DNA from: Polyangiaceae bacterium | GTDB taxonomy: Bacteria > Myxococcota_A > Polyangia > Polyangiales > Polyangiaceae | NCBI GenBank assembly: GCA_044376115.1 | Contig: JBILLK010000017.1 | Coordinates: forward strand, 32,001-96,000 | Length of the DNA: 64,000 nucleotides | Reading direction: 5' to 3' | Shown here: piece after piece, positions 22,226-30,332 of the stretch | Layout of the letters: every line of letters starts with the position of its first letter | How positions within the stretch are numbered: position 1 is the first letter of the stretch | Position numbers and translations under genes: made by a program | Notes under the pieces: generated by a model | Database searches by the model: none | Told to the model about the DNA's origin: nothing | Seen by the model: only the letters and a program-made list of their open reading frames with translations

Positions 22226-22329
22226 ACCGCCGGGCCCCCTGTTAACACGCGAGAAACGAAGTTGTTCCCGAGACGTCGGATCGACCCTGCGCGCTTGCCT
22301 CGATAAATACTTTGGGGCACAAAGCGCCT

Positions 22330-23493
22330 ATGCAGCTGAAGCCGCGTGCAATTGTTTGGGCCCTTAGTGCATTGACTCTCGCCGCCGCAGCCTGCCGACC
22401 AGCGCCAGGTACACAAGATGCCTCCAAGAGCACGGACGGGCCCCGCAACGAGGAGGTCGTCAGCGCGGCTGGTTCGGCGGAACCTCCCGCGATCCCACCG
22501 CTGTCGACCAACGCCCTGATCGAAGATGAGCGCAACTCCATCGGAGTCTTCCGCAACGTTGCCCCCAGCGTGGTGTTTGTTACCCAGAAGCGTCTCGTGA
22601 CGAACTACTGGAGTGGCTCTGCGGTAGAGGTCCCAGCCGGCTCTGGCTCAGGCTTCCTGTGGGACGCTGAGGGTCACATCGTGACGAACTTCCATGTGGT
22701 GGACGGAGCACAGTCGTTGGTCGTTCGGCTCCACGACCAAAAGACCTACCCCGCCACGGTCGTCGGCGTTGAACCGCGCAAGGACATCGCCGTTCTCAAG
22801 ATCGAAGCGCCTCAAGGGACGCTGACACCCATTCAGGTTGCGCCGCTGAAGGTGCCTCTCGAGGTTGGACAGAAGGCTGTGGCGATCGGTAACCCGTTCG
22901 GCCTCGACCATACGTTGACGACAGGTGTCATCAGCGCCCTTGGCCGTCAGGTCGACGGTGCCGGCGGCGTGACGATCCGCGACATGATCCAAACCGATGC
23001 CGCGATCAATCCCGGCAACTCTGGTGGGCCTTTGCTGGACTCAAGCGGTCGACTGATCGGGATGAACACGATGATTTACTCAAGGAGCGGTCAGTCAGCG
23101 GGGATCGGCTTTGCGGTACCTTTCACCACGGTCGCGCGCGTTGTTCCGCAGATCATCCGGACGGGCCGAGCTGAACAAGTGGGCTTGGGAATCAGCATCG
23201 ACCCGGCGAGCCGCATCGAAAGGCGCCTGCGAATGAAGGGCGTCGTCATCCTCGGGGTTGAGACCAACGGGCCCGCCGCGCGCGCCGGCCTGAAACCGAT
23301 TGAACAGCGTGGCAATGAAATTGCCATCGGCGACGTCATCGTGGGCGTCGCAGGCCAGGAGGTTGGTGACTACGACGGCCTCTACAACGCCCTGGATGGC
23401 CGGAAGCCCGGCGAGAAGGTGAAAGTCGTGGTCCAACGCGGGAAAGAGCGTATCGAGCTCGAGATCGAGCTTGTGCTACTCGACCAGGGATAG
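22330..23493 (+). CDS. HtrA/DegP-like trypsin serine protease with one PDZ domain (lipoprotein)
   Basis: GSGSG, VTNFHV, DIAVLK, QTDAAINPGNSGGPL; PDZ GDVIVGV. Confidence 0.95.
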   Translation: MQLKPRAIVWALSALTLAAAACRPAPGTQDASKSTDGPRNEEVVSAAGSAEPPAIPPLSTNALIEDERNSIGVFRNVAPSVVFVTQKRLVTNYWSGSAVEVPAGSGSGFLWDAEGHIVTNFHVVDGAQSLVVRLHDQKTYPATVVGVEPRKDIAVLKIEAPQGTLTPIQVAPLKVPLEVGQKAVAIGNPFGLDHTLTTGVISALGRQVDGAGGVTIRDMIQTDAAINPGNSGGPLLDSSGRLIGMNTMIYSRSGQSAGIGFAVPFTTVARVVPQIIRTGRAEQVGLGISIDPASRIERRLRMKGVVILGVETNGPAARAGLKPIEQRGNEIAIGDVIVGVAGQEVGDYDGLYNALDGRKPGEKVKVVVQRGKERIELEIELVLLDQG

Positions 23494-23519
23494 CGAGAAT
23501 TAGGCAGTGAAGCCTCGCG

Positions 23520-24200
23520 CTAGCCGCCAAACGCCATGCGCCGCCAGGCTCGCTCTTCCTGCCAAATCAGCTCGAGTTTCCGCTTGGTGCTGAGTCGCAA
23601 CTCGGACTCCGGCGGGTCTCCTTCTTCGAGAACGTCGGCGATGGGAAGCCCGATCGATAGCAGCCACTCCAGCGTGTCCAAACCGCCGGCCCCTTTGCGT
23701 GCGATGTCTGCGAGCAACAGGGACAACATTCGGTAGTGCGACTCGTAGGGAAGACCAAGATCCCGAGTCGGGGCGGTGTCGTCGAGCCACGTTCGCAACG
23801 TGTCCTCCAGCGCGAAGCACGCCCCAACCGGGTCATCGACGAACCACGGGAAGACGTCGCAAACAGCTGACAACGCCCCCGCTTCAGACAGGACCTCAGC
23901 ACCTTCCCCCTCGAAGTAGCGAGACCGAAACGTAGGCGGCAAGACGGCAAGACGTGCACGCGCAGCCACGGTCCCTCGTTCCCATACCGGTGAAAGCAAT
24001 AGGCCTTGTTCAGCAAGGCCGCTGACCTCGGCGGCCATCTCGCGATTCCGCTCCACGATCATTTGGGCGTCGCTGAGCAGCTTCCCTGGGTCGACGGCAC
24101 ATGGGCCCGTAAGGCCGAGCAACCCTCTTGCCTCCGACACGGAGAGTTTGGCCCGCGCGTCCTTGATCATCGGCCGGACGGGTCCAGGCGCACTGCCCAT
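23520..24200 (-). CDS. Hypothetical protein
   Basis: 226-aa ORF overlapping the end of the LOG gene; no family recognised. Confidence 0.6.
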   Translation of the reverse strand: MGSAPGPVRPMIKDARAKLSVSEARGLLGLTGPCAVDPGKLLSDAQMIVERNREMAAEVSGLAEQGLLLSPVWERGTVAARARLAVLPPTFRSRYFEGEGAEVLSEAGALSAVCDVFPWFVDDPVGACFALEDTLRTWLDDTAPTRDLGLPYESHYRMLSLLLADIARKGAGGLDTLEWLLSIGLPIADVLEEGDPPESELRLSTKRKLELIWQEERAWRRMAFGG

Positions 24201-24757
24201 TTGCCATCAACCGGAGGCTTCCAACGTTGAAGCGAGTCGAGCATTGCCAGTTCCTCGGAGGCGATCAACAGCGAATCCAAGTGCTCTTGGGCGAGAAACT
24301 TTGAGGCCACGGCGTGGCGGAGGAACGCCAGTAGCTGATCGTAATAGCCACTTACATTGAGGAGCCCCAGCGGCTTGTCGTGGAACTTGAGCTGTTGCCA
24401 GGTAAAGGTCTCAAATAGCTCTTCGAGCGTCCCGATGCCCCCAGGCAATGCGATGAATGCATCGCTCGCATCAGCCATTAGCTTCTTACGCTCGTGCATC
24501 GAATCAACCACGAAAAGCTCAGTACAGGAGCGCAGACCCAGCTCCCGATCCATCAGCGCTTTTGGAATCACACCGATCACCTCGCCGCCCAACGCGAGCA
24601 CGGTGCGCGCCACAACACCCATCAAACCGATGTTGCCACCGCCGTAAACAAGGCCGAACCCGCGCTCAACCATGAGTGTTGCAAGACGTTCGGCCGAGCT
24701 TTGAAACTCCTGCAGGTTGCCGGTCCCGGAGCCGCAATAAACACAGATGCGCTTCAT
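24167..24757 (-). CDS. LOG family (TIGR00730-type) nucleotide phosphoribohydrolase
   Basis: ICVYCGS, LVYGGG..GLMG, SMHERK, PGGIGTLEE. Confidence 0.93.
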   Translation of the reverse strand: MKRICVYCGSGTGNLQEFQSSAERLATLMVERGFGLVYGGGNIGLMGVVARTVLALGGEVIGVIPKALMDRELGLRSCTELFVVDSMHERKKLMADASDAFIALPGGIGTLEELFETFTWQQLKFHDKPLGLLNVSGYYDQLLAFLRHAVASKFLAQEHLDSLLIASEELAMLDSLQRWKPPVDGKWAVRLDPSGR

Positions 24758-24886
24758 AGATGGTCTCATCCCAGTCGTTGGTACGGTGGTTCTAGGTGAC
24801 GCTACGCGCGAATCAGCGATGAGGGAACCTCAGGCACGAGCGTCGAAGCGATTGCTCGACTTGCCTGCGTCTGGTCTCATACGAGG

Positions 24887-25744
24887 ATGCGCAAAGCCCA
24901 GTGGGTCATGCTCTCGCCGCTTGCGGTGGCTCTCCACTGCACGCCAAGCTCTACCGACGGACTGACGGGCACCACGAGTGCGAACGGCGGGGGCGGGTTT
25001 GGAGGTGAGGCAACAAACGGGGCGGCTCCGCCTACAGGCGCTGGCGGCGAGCCCGCGACGTCGGGCCAGTTCATGGACACCGTAAGCTCGGGCTCTGGAG
25101 GGTGCGCCCCGGTGCTATCAGGCATCGTTCGCGACTTCCGAGCCTGGAACAACGGGGCTGGGCACCCCGACTTCGAGAACTATATCGGAGATGGCTTGAA
25201 GGGCCTGGTCTCCCCGGTACTCGGCGCCGACCATAAGCCCATCTACGCGAACGCCGGCGCGACGCCTCACACAACAGGTCCCAATGAGTTCAATCAGTGG
25301 TACCGGGACGTACCCTCGGTAAACCAATCGTTTCCGTTCGCTATCGAAGGCACGATCGACGGAAACGGCGTGTTTACTTATGACAACAGCGCGTTCTTTC
25401 CTATCGACACGCTTGGCTTCGGCAATGAAGGCCAACCCCACAACTTTGGCTTCACATTCGAACTCCATATGGAGTTTTTTTACGGCGGAGGGGAAGAGTT
25501 CACCTTCTCTGGGGATGACGACCTGTGGGTTTTCATCAACGACAGGCTCGCGATCGATCTTGGCGGACTGCATCCCGAGCAAACGGACACGCTCGATGTC
25601 GACGCGCGCGCCGCAGAACTGGGCTTGGTCGTCGGTCAGACCTACCCGCTCGATCTATTTCACGCCGAGCGCCACACCGATGCCTCCAACTTTAGAATCC
25701 AATCGAGTTTGAACTTCTCCAACTGCGACCCGATTGTCTATTAG
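24887..25744 (+). CDS. Fibro-slime (PA14-like) domain lipoprotein
   Basis: IVRDF..HPDFE, FNQWYRD, FFPID, HNFGFTFELH, FSGDDDLWVFIN..IDLGGLH, FHAERH. Confidence 0.92.
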   Translation: MRKAQWVMLSPLAVALHCTPSSTDGLTGTTSANGGGGFGGEATNGAAPPTGAGGEPATSGQFMDTVSSGSGGCAPVLSGIVRDFRAWNNGAGHPDFENYIGDGLKGLVSPVLGADHKPIYANAGATPHTTGPNEFNQWYRDVPSVNQSFPFAIEGTIDGNGVFTYDNSAFFPIDTLGFGNEGQPHNFGFTFELHMEFFYGGGEEFTFSGDDDLWVFINDRLAIDLGGLHPEQTDTLDVDARAAELGLVVGQTYPLDLFHAERHTDASNFRIQSSLNFSNCDPIVY

Positions 25745-25753
25745 ACCCGAGGC

Positions 25754-27754
25754 TCAGCCCCAGGCTCGAGTGCAGGCATCGCGCGCCGGGTCGCAAAACT
25801 CCTTTTGGATTTTGTCGCAGAGCTCCGAGATAGCCGCTAGTTCAGGCGCCCGCTCCGCGAGGATGCGAGCGAGTACCGGCGCAACGAGCTTGGTTGCCTG
25901 ACGCACGCGCTCAGCCTGCGCGAAGTTTGGCTCCGTTGATTGTCGAAGTTTCTCGCGCGCCGGTTCGATGAATACGGTGCCGACCTGTCCTATCGATTTG
26001 TTGAGGGCACCAAGGACCTCACGAACGTGGTCGTCGACAGCCAACTTACGCTGCTCCGAAAGGCGCTTCTCTGCCGCCTCGAGTCCCTCGGCTCGAGCAA
26101 TGCGGGCGCCCTCGACGCGGGCCTCGACATGCTGACGCTCTACGTCGATCTGCTTTTGTCGGGCGATCGCTCGTGCGCCGTCTTCAGCGTGCCGTCGTTC
26201 AGTCTCCTTGAGACGTAGCCCTTCTTGCTCGAAGAGCGACCTTTGCTTTTCGAGCGCCAACACGAGCTCCTCCGTCTCACTGGGTGGGACTGGCCGCGTT
26301 GGTCGTCGTGTCCCAAGCTTCTCCGCCAAGGCAGTCAAATTGCGCTCAATCTCGGTGCGTCGCGAACGTGCGTCGAGCAGGCTTCGTTCGGCGATCGAAC
26401 GCTCTGTCCCCGCGGTCTCCGCTCGAACCGCGGTTGCGCTCAGCTCGGCGCGCCGCTGGCCGAGAGCCGTCTCCACCCCCTCGAGTTCGACGGTCAAGGC
26501 AGCAACGTGGTCACGTGAGTCTGCGAGCTTGCTGCGCCACTCTTCCTTGCCAAAGAGCAGTGGCTCCTTCTTCTCGAGTTCCGCCAGCGCAGCTTGAGCC
26601 GCCGCAACCAGCGTTCTCTTCTCTGCAGCCACCGATTCCCGCTGTTCCAGATCCGCCCGCGCACGCGTGACGGCCTCCGCCAGGGCTCCGCTCGCAGTGA
26701 CCCTACCCGAAAGCTCCTTCTCGAGCTCGTTGATGCGCAGCTGTTGCTGGTTGAGCTGCTCGTGCGTTCGCGCCCAATCGTGAAGCGTGACGGCCAACTC
26801 GAGATCGGCCGCGTTCTCGGTGCGACGAGATTCAAGCACCTCGAGCGCGCCTCGAAGTTTCGCTAATTCTTCGGTCAGTACGCTCTTGGTGCGAGCAACC
26901 GACGCCGCTTCCTCGGCTAGCGTCGCAAGGGTTTTCTCAGCCTTCTCCACCTCTTCAGAACCGACCGGAGTGACCTGCAAGAGCTCGAGCGGAAGGTCAA
27001 GAACCAGCGGCAGCTCAGCCGGAAAGCTCTGCGGCAGCGAGCCGTCGACCAAACCCCACAACTGCGCAATAGCCCCCTGAAGAAAGGGGAGGCAGGTTTG
27101 GTAGACCTGCTGCATGCGCGCGCGCAGTTTCTTGAAGTCCTCTGCAGCCGACTTGGGATCATCGAAGGCTGGGATTGGTACTGCCGCCAAGGCATCGACC
27201 GTTTGCTTTGCTCGGCTCAAAACTGTTTCTGCGAGAGCGTCAAAGCGCACCGTGCCGTTGCTGCGCGCGGCAGCAGCCCTCGCTGACTCCGCATCTGCCA
27301 AAGCGTCCGCCGTGGCGAGGGCGCGTGACTCAAGCTCGGCCAACCCTTGAAGGGCTGTTGCGTTCTCCACGGTGGCCTGCCGAGCCAACGCGACCAAGGT
27401 TGAAACGCGTACGAGGTTCTCATCGCGTTCGCCCTGAAATGAGAACCTCCCCACGACCTGATACACGTCGTTGAGGCCGCTCAAGTCTTGCCCGTCTTCG
27501 GGTTGCCACAAGAGCTCCAGCTCGGCTGGTAGCGTGCGAGGCGCGTCTACGAGGGTCTTGAGCGCCTCGTGGGATACCGGCCCCAGATCCGCAGCGAACG
27601 GTCCGAGCTCATCGCGTAGCGCCCCCTCAATCGCCACGACACTCTGCCAAACGCGAGCGAGCTGCGAACGAATAGCGAGGTAAAAGCGTACGTAGCTTGC
27701 AAGCGGCGTTGGGCCAAAGGCCTGAACCACCGTGGTAAGTGAGCGGTCCATCAC
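25754..27754 (-). CDS. Long coiled-coil protein (third gene of the Hsp70-like/dynamin-like operon)
   Basis: About 300 aa of A/E/L/R/K heptad-like sequence; GTG start overlaps the upstream stop (GTGA); no NTPase motifs seen. Confidence 0.85.
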   Translation of the reverse strand: MMDRSLTTVVQAFGPTPLASYVRFYLAIRSQLARVWQSVVAIEGALRDELGPFAADLGPVSHEALKTLVDAPRTLPAELELLWQPEDGQDLSGLNDVYQVVGRFSFQGERDENLVRVSTLVALARQATVENATALQGLAELESRALATADALADAESARAAAARSNGTVRFDALAETVLSRAKQTVDALAAVPIPAFDDPKSAAEDFKKLRARMQQVYQTCLPFLQGAIAQLWGLVDGSLPQSFPAELPLVLDLPLELLQVTPVGSEEVEKAEKTLATLAEEAASVARTKSVLTEELAKLRGALEVLESRRTENAADLELAVTLHDWARTHEQLNQQQLRINELEKELSGRVTASGALAEAVTRARADLEQRESVAAEKRTLVAAAQAALAELEKKEPLLFGKEEWRSKLADSRDHVAALTVELEGVETALGQRRAELSATAVRAETAGTERSIAERSLLDARSRRTEIERNLTALAEKLGTRRPTRPVPPSETEELVLALEKQRSLFEQEGLRLKETERRHAEDGARAIARQKQIDVERQHVEARVEGARIARAEGLEAAEKRLSEQRKLAVDDHVREVLGALNKSIGQVGTVFIEPAREKLRQSTEPNFAQAERVRQATKLVAPVLARILAERAPELAAISELCDKIQKEFCDPARDACTRAWG

Positions 27755-30315
27755 GACGACTTAGCGGCGGATGGGTTGCCGAACAAATCCTCGAGAGCCT
27801 CCACGTCGGCCCGCGCGCGCTCTTTCTCCGCCTCGATCGCAGCGAAACGATGCGGCCAAACGCGGACGCACTCGCTGCGCATCCACCGGCGAAGCGACTG
27901 CTCGCCCTCGCGGTCAATCCAGGAGTCATGCACGGTCCGCACGGCTTCCTCATGGTACTTCTGCAGGCCGCGCGGATGCTTCGCCAAGGCCTCCAGGAAG
28001 TTGCAAATGCGTTCGACGTCGGCGCGGACGCGCAACAACATGCGGGTCCAGTCGCGCGGTGGCCCCGGAGCGACGGGAGCACTCCCTGGCGCAGCTCCTG
28101 CGGCCGGAGGGCCAGCTGCAGGTTGTGCCGGAGCAGCAGCCGCGGTCGGGAAGCCCTGCGTCGTCGGAAATCCCGAGGCCGACTTCTCCTCGCTCAGTCC
28201 GAGCTTTGAGCGCATCGATGAGAGCATGCCCGGAGAGGTAGCCGGTTTCTCCTCAGGCACTGCCGAGGACGCAGGTGCGGCCGAGACTTCTGCGCGACTC
28301 GTCGCCATGCCGAAGAACTGTTCGAGACCCGACATCTCGCGTTCGCGCAAGTCGCGATCCCCTGGGTCGGTCGCGTCGAGAATGTCGATGATTTGGCGGG
28401 CAAAGTAGCGCGACAACACCTCGAACGCGACGTCGGCTTTGGCCATCTCGTTGTTCTGGTAACGCACGACGCTCTCCGAGACGTGCCCAGAGCGGCCGAG
28501 CGCATCGATGCGATCCACCAAGGTCTTGCCACCGGGCAGCAACATCTCGAGGCGACCACCATCGTAGTGCGCCTCCGAGAACATCTCGGTCAGCATGCGC
28601 TCCACGCTCTCGCGCGAGGTATTGCGAAAGTCCTCGCCTAGCCCCGCGATCTTCGCTGCAACACGCTCGCGCATCTGCTTGCGCATCTCGATCTCGACGG
28701 CGGTTTCATTCATGAGGCCCGGGCTCGGCATCTGACGCCGCTTCGCCTCCGCCTCCTCGGGTGTGAGTCGTCCGAGAAGATCCGCGCGGATCTGACGGAT
28801 TCGCTCGTCGGCGCGTGTTGCGCGCTGAAGCCGAGCCGTCTCGCTCACCTCATGATCCATGAAAGCGGATAGACGTTTGCGGATCTCCGGGAGCAGGCCC
28901 ACCGGGTCTTCACCAGAGCGCACATGCTCAAACAAGGCGTCGAATTGCTGTTCGGAGCGCCTTTCGAACTCGCGATCCGAAAGAGCGTCTTTGACCGTCA
29001 CGAGCGTTCCTCGTAGCTGAGCCTCGACCTCGGCAAATTCTTGGCGCGCATGCGAGAGCACCTTCTGGTCGAGCTGCTCGACGTCGGTCGCCAAGTAGCG
29101 CGCAACCGCGTCCTGAAGCTTCTCGAGGCCGTGCACCGGAACGGTGGTTCCGAAGTGGTCCATCAGCTGCTTGGCCACCGGGTGATTGGGGTTGGGGCCC
29201 TCGTAGACCCAAACCTTCGAGTACGGAAAAACACGGTCAACGCCCTGTTGGGCGAAGTTACGTGCGGCGAGTTGCCAGTGGTAGTTGCCGTTCTCGTCGG
29301 GTTTGTCGAATAGATCGATCTTGGTCAAGACCACGAACATGCGATCTTTGAGCGAGATGCTGCGGTCGGCGGTCTGCGCTGTTCGAAGCAGTTCGATCTC
29401 GTTCTTCACGAGCGAAGGACGCGTCACGTCTTTCACAAAGATCGTGATGTCGACTTCGTTGGTGAGCGCTTCTTCGGTGTCACGGCGCGCCTTGTCACTT
29501 GGCGCGTCGATGCCAGGGAGATCGACGAGGACAACCCCGGGCATCGCACCCGCGACCGGGATCTTCACAGTGACGAGCTTGACGGCGCGTACACCGTGGT
29601 AGGGGCGATTGCCGTTCTTGGTGTCTTTGAGCGCAATGAACGGACGAATCACGTCGGCCAGTTCATCCAAGCTCTGCGCGGTCAGCGTCAGCGGCTCTTT
29701 GCCTAATTTTTCCTTAATCTGCGAGAGCGTTGCGCTGATCTCTTGCAGCTCGACAAGCGCCGCTTGCTCCCTTCGACCAGAGCGGTCGGGATCGTCTACT
29801 TCGTAGCCTTCTCGCGCTTTGAAGGCAGACTTGAGTCGAATGATCTCGGAGTCGGTCAAGCCTTGCCAACGTTCCGCACTGCCGGGTTCCAGCGCGTCGA
29901 AGTAGCTGGCGATGCGTTGCTTAAACTCCTCAGGGCCGTAAAAGCTCACGCTGGCGGAGAAGGTACCGTCGTCTGCCGGCTCCACCACCGTGGTTGACCA
30001 GGTGCAGCGCTCCGCCTCACTCGGCAGCAACTTCTCACTCTTGAGCCAGGCTGAGAGGAAGGCGCTCTTTCCCTGCTTCTCAAGGCCGACGACGCCGATC
30101 TTGACCACTCCCTTCGCGAGCCGCTTCTCGCGGTCGAGACAACGCGCCCGCAGGTCTTCGATCTTTCGCTTGCACTGCGCGAGGGAACGAGAGCTGTCGC
30201 TGTCTGCTGGGAAGTACGAAAGAAAGCGGTCACAGAGCTGCCGATATCGCAACGAGCGCTGCGCAATATCCCGAAGCTCGCCAGCCTTTTGAATGCGTCC
30301 TTGAGGACTCCACAT
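27751..30315 (-). CDS. Dynamin-like GTPase
   Basis: G1 GLEKQGKS (~30064-30087), LLPSEAERCT (G2), G3 DLPG, G4 TKID; long helical stalk; AAGGAG RBS. Confidence 0.88.
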   Translation of the reverse strand: MWSPQGRIQKAGELRDIAQRSLRYRQLCDRFLSYFPADSDSSRSLAQCKRKIEDLRARCLDREKRLAKGVVKIGVVGLEKQGKSAFLSAWLKSEKLLPSEAERCTWSTTVVEPADDGTFSASVSFYGPEEFKQRIASYFDALEPGSAERWQGLTDSEIIRLKSAFKAREGYEVDDPDRSGRREQAALVELQEISATLSQIKEKLGKEPLTLTAQSLDELADVIRPFIALKDTKNGNRPYHGVRAVKLVTVKIPVAGAMPGVVLVDLPGIDAPSDKARRDTEEALTNEVDITIFVKDVTRPSLVKNEIELLRTAQTADRSISLKDRMFVVLTKIDLFDKPDENGNYHWQLAARNFAQQGVDRVFPYSKVWVYEGPNPNHPVAKQLMDHFGTTVPVHGLEKLQDAVARYLATDVEQLDQKVLSHARQEFAEVEAQLRGTLVTVKDALSDREFERRSEQQFDALFEHVRSGEDPVGLLPEIRKRLSAFMDHEVSETARLQRATRADERIRQIRADLLGRLTPEEAEAKRRQMPSPGLMNETAVEIEMRKQMRERVAAKIAGLGEDFRNTSRESVERMLTEMFSEAHYDGGRLEMLLPGGKTLVDRIDALGRSGHVSESVVRYQNNEMAKADVAFEVLSRYFARQIIDILDATDPGDRDLREREMSGLEQFFGMATSRAEVSAAPASSAVPEEKPATSPGMLSSMRSKLGLSEEKSASGFPTTQGFPTAAAAPAQPAAGPPAAGAAPGSAPVAPGPPRDWTRMLLRVRADVERICNFLEALAKHPRGLQKYHEEAVRTVHDSWIDREGEQSLRRWMRSECVRVWPHRFAAIEAEKERARADVEALEDLFGNPSAAKSS

Positions 30316-30332
30316 CGATCGACTCCTTATCC

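Noticed and set aside
25754..27754. SMC/MukB or Wadjet-type ATPase
   Set aside because: No Walker A/B or ABC signature, and no kleisin or nuclease partners.
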